Assembly: GCA_965224245.1 (NCBI GenBank)
Contig: OZ245046.1
Coordinates: 160,001 to 224,000, forward strand
Direction of reading: 5' to 3'
DNA from: Candidatus Eiseniibacteriota bacterium
Lineage (GTDB): Bacteria; Eisenbacteria; RBG-16-71-46; CAZAMP01
Length of the DNA stretch: 64,000 nucleotides
Below the pieces are notes generated by a model, which was not told the origin of the DNA, searched no databases, and was given only the letters and a program-made list of their open reading frames with translations. Each line of letters begins with the position of its first letter. Position 1 is the stretch's first letter. The translations under genes and the position numbers were made by a program. This document shows, in pieces, positions 59,476 through 64,000 of this stretch.

Positions 59476-61059
59476 ATGATCCGGAATCGTCCAAATGCGG
59501 TGCTCGACCGCTTCGCGCTCACGGTCACCTGTCTGGCGGCCGCGTCGGCCGTCGGGGTGTCCGCCGTCTCGGCGCACGTCATCGACAACTTCGAGCAGGG
59601 AACGTTCGACGTGCTCGCTCCGGCGGGGGCATCGGCGTCGGGCTCGCAGTTCGCGCTCAACCCGTTCAACTGCATCGCCGGCAAGAGAGAGGTGACCGTC
59701 ACCTCGCACAGCGCCTCGCAGCCGGCGAGCGCCGGCCTCAGCCTGTCGCCGCAGGATGACGAGGTCGCCTCGGTCATGCCGGACGAGGGGGGCATCGTCT
59801 CCCTGGTCTACGACATCGGCGCGGACACGGACATCACCGTGGGGGGGACCCGGGATCGCATCCGACTGTCCCTGAGCGTCGCTCCCGACGGCGGCGGCGC
59901 CGACGTCGGTGAGGTCCGGCTGTCGCTCAGCGACGACACCGGGGCGCACCAGTCGGTCTCGCTCCCGTTCGGCGGCCCGGGGAACGTCGACTTCTGGCTC
60001 TCGGACTACCCGAGCGTGAACCTCGTGAACGTCCAGCGCGTGGATGTCGACCTGATCGCGTACCGTGCCGGCGACTACCACGTTCGCGACATCCGTACCG
60101 TCAAGCTGGGAACGCCGCTCGTCTACATCCCGGTGGGATCCACCGAGGTGTCCGGTCCCGGCTATCCCACCGAGCCGCTCCTGTGGGAAGGCATCGCCGA
60201 TCCCGAGGGGGAGACGGCGCCGGGCGGCGCGCTGGCGCTGAAGATCTCGGACGCACAGGTCGATCCGTCGATCCCCTGCGACGACTTCTGCGACGGCGTG
60301 CCCTACGGCCTCTTCACGCTGCCCGCCGAGGTTCCCGGACACTCCGAGGCGTGGGTGCGCTTCGAGGGCGGCTTCAACGACGTGTTCCCCGCCGAGCAGA
60401 CGCTCAGCTTCCAGCTCTCGTTCGAGCCTCCGGCCGATCACACCTACGGAGAGCCGATCTGGAACTCCGTGTGGGTCAACGGCGGGTTCATGGTGGAGAT
60501 GTCGATGGAGCTCTTCGACGGATCCGGAACGTCGCTCGGCATGACGGAGCACCACGTCATGGGCGATCTGATGAACGACCTGTCGCCGGTGCTGTCGGAC
60601 TTCGTCCCGAGCGTCGTCTCCGGGAACGACCTGCATCTGGTGCTCGGTCTGACGCAGGTCACCGGGAGAGTCCGCGGCACGGGCGATTCGACCTCCCGGT
60701 CGTCCGAGGACGCCGGGACGGCCGTCCTGGCCCTGCGCGTCGAGAGCACGGCATCCGCGGAGGTCGTCCTGGACGTGCCCGGCGCGGCGGCCGTCATGCC
60801 GCAGCTCACGGCTCGCCCCACGGTGATGCGGACGCAGACCACATTCGACCTCGCGGGTACGGCGGATGTCGCGCGGAGCCTCGACATCTACGACGTGGCC
60901 GGACGCTCGGTGCGCTCGCTCTCGGTGCCGGCCGGCTCGACGCTGGCCCGGTGGGACGGACGAACCACGGGCGGCATTCGCGTGAGTCCCGGCGTCTACA
61001 TCGCGCGCGTCGCCGGAGCTCGGGGCGGCGCGGGCGCACGGCTCGTGGTCGTTCGTTGA
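59476..61059 (+). CDS. Secreted protein with C-terminal FlgD-Ig/T9SS-like domain
   Basis: GGAGG RBS; signal ending VSA-H; IYDVAGRSVRSL..WDGR..SPGVY..RLVVVR. Confidence 0.82.
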   Translation: MIRNRPNAVLDRFALTVTCLAAASAVGVSAVSAHVIDNFEQGTFDVLAPAGASASGSQFALNPFNCIAGKREVTVTSHSASQPASAGLSLSPQDDEVASVMPDEGGIVSLVYDIGADTDITVGGTRDRIRLSLSVAPDGGGADVGEVRLSLSDDTGAHQSVSLPFGGPGNVDFWLSDYPSVNLVNVQRVDVDLIAYRAGDYHVRDIRTVKLGTPLVYIPVGSTEVSGPGYPTEPLLWEGIADPEGETAPGGALALKISDAQVDPSIPCDDFCDGVPYGLFTLPAEVPGHSEAWVRFEGGFNDVFPAEQTLSFQLSFEPPADHTYGEPIWNSVWVNGGFMVEMSMELFDGSGTSLGMTEHHVMGDLMNDLSPVLSDFVPSVVSGNDLHLVLGLTQVTGRVRGTGDSTSRSSEDAGTAVLALRVESTASAEVVLDVPGAAAVMPQLTARPTVMRTQTTFDLAGTADVARSLDIYDVAGRSVRSLSVPAGSTLARWDGRTTGGIRVSPGVYIARVAGARGGAGARLVVVR

Positions 61060-61072
61060 TATGGAACGACCC

Positions 61073-61078
61073 TGTCAA
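61073..61078 (-). promoter_or_regulatory. Outward-facing -35 hexamer (candidate circle-junction promoter half)
   Basis: TTGACA on the minus strand 16 nt from the inferred IS110 end. Confidence 0.55.
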
Positions 61079-61159
61079 GGGCACTGATTCGTGATCCCAG
61101 GGGGCGGCGGAGGCCGCCCCGTTCTTGTTTTGTACCGGTTTGTTGGAAGAGCTCGAGAC

Positions 61160-61375
61160 ACCGCGGGGTGATGGCGGCTTCGACGACGAGTCACGCTGAT
61201 GTTCGCGGGTTGAGCCGGCGTCCCGGCCAGAGCCGCATGACTGTGATCCGTCGGGAGGTTGCGCCCTCTAGCATCGTGGGTTCGGGAACGACATTCCGTA
61301 CCACATATCGAAGTCGCGCGCTGTCTCCAGATCGTGCCATCGGTCCGACGGTGCCTCGAGCCAGTGGTCATGTTC
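61160..61375 (-). ncRNA. Candidate IS110 bridge/seek RNA
   Basis: Two related modules ATG(T/C)GG-hairpin-AACCC(A/G)CGA at 61274-61306 and 61203-61238; GAUAUG complementary to the element end; limits approximate. Confidence 0.6.
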
Positions 61376-62050
61376 GGTTTGTCCCTACGCTGCGGGCCGG
61401 ACGCTCGGATGGAGCACGGCCCAGAGGTATCCCACCAGTTCACGTGCCATGGCCACGATGGTCTTGGGGTGTGGCTTCCCGCGTATCATCATCCGTTTGT
61501 AGTGAGCATGGAGCCGCTCTTGTGAGCGATTGGCAATGGCAATGACCCAGGCGGGTTGATCCTCTCGTCGACGAGCAAGCGGCCCCGAGATCGACGGACG
61601 ATGACGATGGTGCCAGGCCGCTTCGACCAGAAGCCGGCGAACGTGTCCGTTGCCGGTCTTGGTGACGGGTCCACGATCGGTCCGCTCGCCACTGGAGTGT
61701 TCACTGGGAACCAGCCCGAGGTAGGCCGCCAGGGCCCGTGCGGAGCGGAAGCGACGGAAGTCGTGGAGCTCGGCCACCAGGCTAACCGCGGTCACCGTGT
61801 CGATCCCCCGGAAGCACCGGAGCCAGGACACCGGATCTCGATACGGCTCCTGCTGACCACAGCGCTCCATCTCGCGCTCGAGCTGGGCTCGACGCTCGGT
61901 GAGCTGATCGACGGCGAGGAGGTAGGAGTCGAGCGTGGCTTGAGCGGCCGGATCCTCGAACCGAAGCGTGCGCAGCCACGCCATGTGCCGAGAGCCCCAG
62001 TGAACCACGCCGGGTTTGCCGGAGGGTGTATTCCTTGAGAGGATACCTCC

Positions 62051-63384
<1,334 letters not shown>

Positions 63385-64000
63385 CCAGCTCTCCGGAGAA
63401 CCCGGTACGGTTCACAGTGGTGCTTGCTTCCGCGGAAGATGCACTGACGACGAAGCAGGAACTTGCCCAGCCGATGCCGGGTCCGGCACAGATCCTCCCG
63501 GACGTCCGCCCGACAGCGGCACAGATCGCGGAGCGCCTCGTCCTGCTCGTTCGGCGGATGCACCTCGGTCGAGAGCCCGGCGCGGAACAGCTCCGCCAGC
63601 TTGCGAGCATCCCGACGATCGGTCTTGATCCGGCCTCCCGGACGCCGCGGGATCAGCGACGGGACCACCACTGTGCATGAGATGCCCCACTCGGTCAGCC
63701 GGCGCTGGGTCCCGTAGCCGGTGGGACCAGCCTCGTAACACACCGCCAGATCCCCCGGAGCCTCGCGCTCGAGCCGACGCGCCAGTCGGCGCACCGCCTC
63801 CACCGTGTGCGGCTCCTGCCACTGCAGAACCCGATCCGACCCCGGCACCAGGACGGCCACCTGGACCGTCCGTTTGTGTGTGTCCAGACCGACGAAGGTG
63901 GTATCGTTGGACACGACCGGCTCCTTTCGTATGCGGCTCTGGTGCCGCAAGGCGCTAACCCGCGATCTACCGGGGCTTCGACCCCCGTATGTCGGCTGCT

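Overview
GC-rich bacterial chromosome segment. The many exported proteins with FlgD-Ig/T9SS-like C-terminal domains, the short C-terminal 'SWGxVKxxY' motifs and the high Ser/Thr kinase content suggest an FCB-associated candidate lineage such as Eisenbacteria, Krumholzibacteria or Latescibacteria (inference only). The window holds about 40 CDS: a Mg2+ homeostasis cluster (MgtE, a soluble MgtE-like paralog, an MscS/CmpX-like protein, DUF21), six Hanks-type Ser/Thr kinases, two ECF sigma/kinase pairs, two S8 proteases, GT-C glycosyltransferases, an FkbH/deacetylase/flippase group and many secreted proteins. At the right end is an IS110-family element interrupted by an IS3-family element. No rRNA, tRNA or CRISPR array was seen. 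Three signals stand out. (1) An operon of ECF sigma, membrane kinase (DUF4384-like), exported TPR-CHAT protease, a hypothetical protein and an S8 protease, in which the kinase ectodomain and the CHAT active-site loop share the hexapeptide RSIGGL written with different codons; this is a candidate proteolytic signalling system. (2) The IS110 carries three copies of a covarying RNA-like module: two in the 3' non-coding region (bridge-RNA-like) and a third on the antisense strand next to the recombinase RBS. (3) Four unrelated secreted proteins end in a candidate short C-terminal sorting signal. All family assignments come from motif reading, not database searches.
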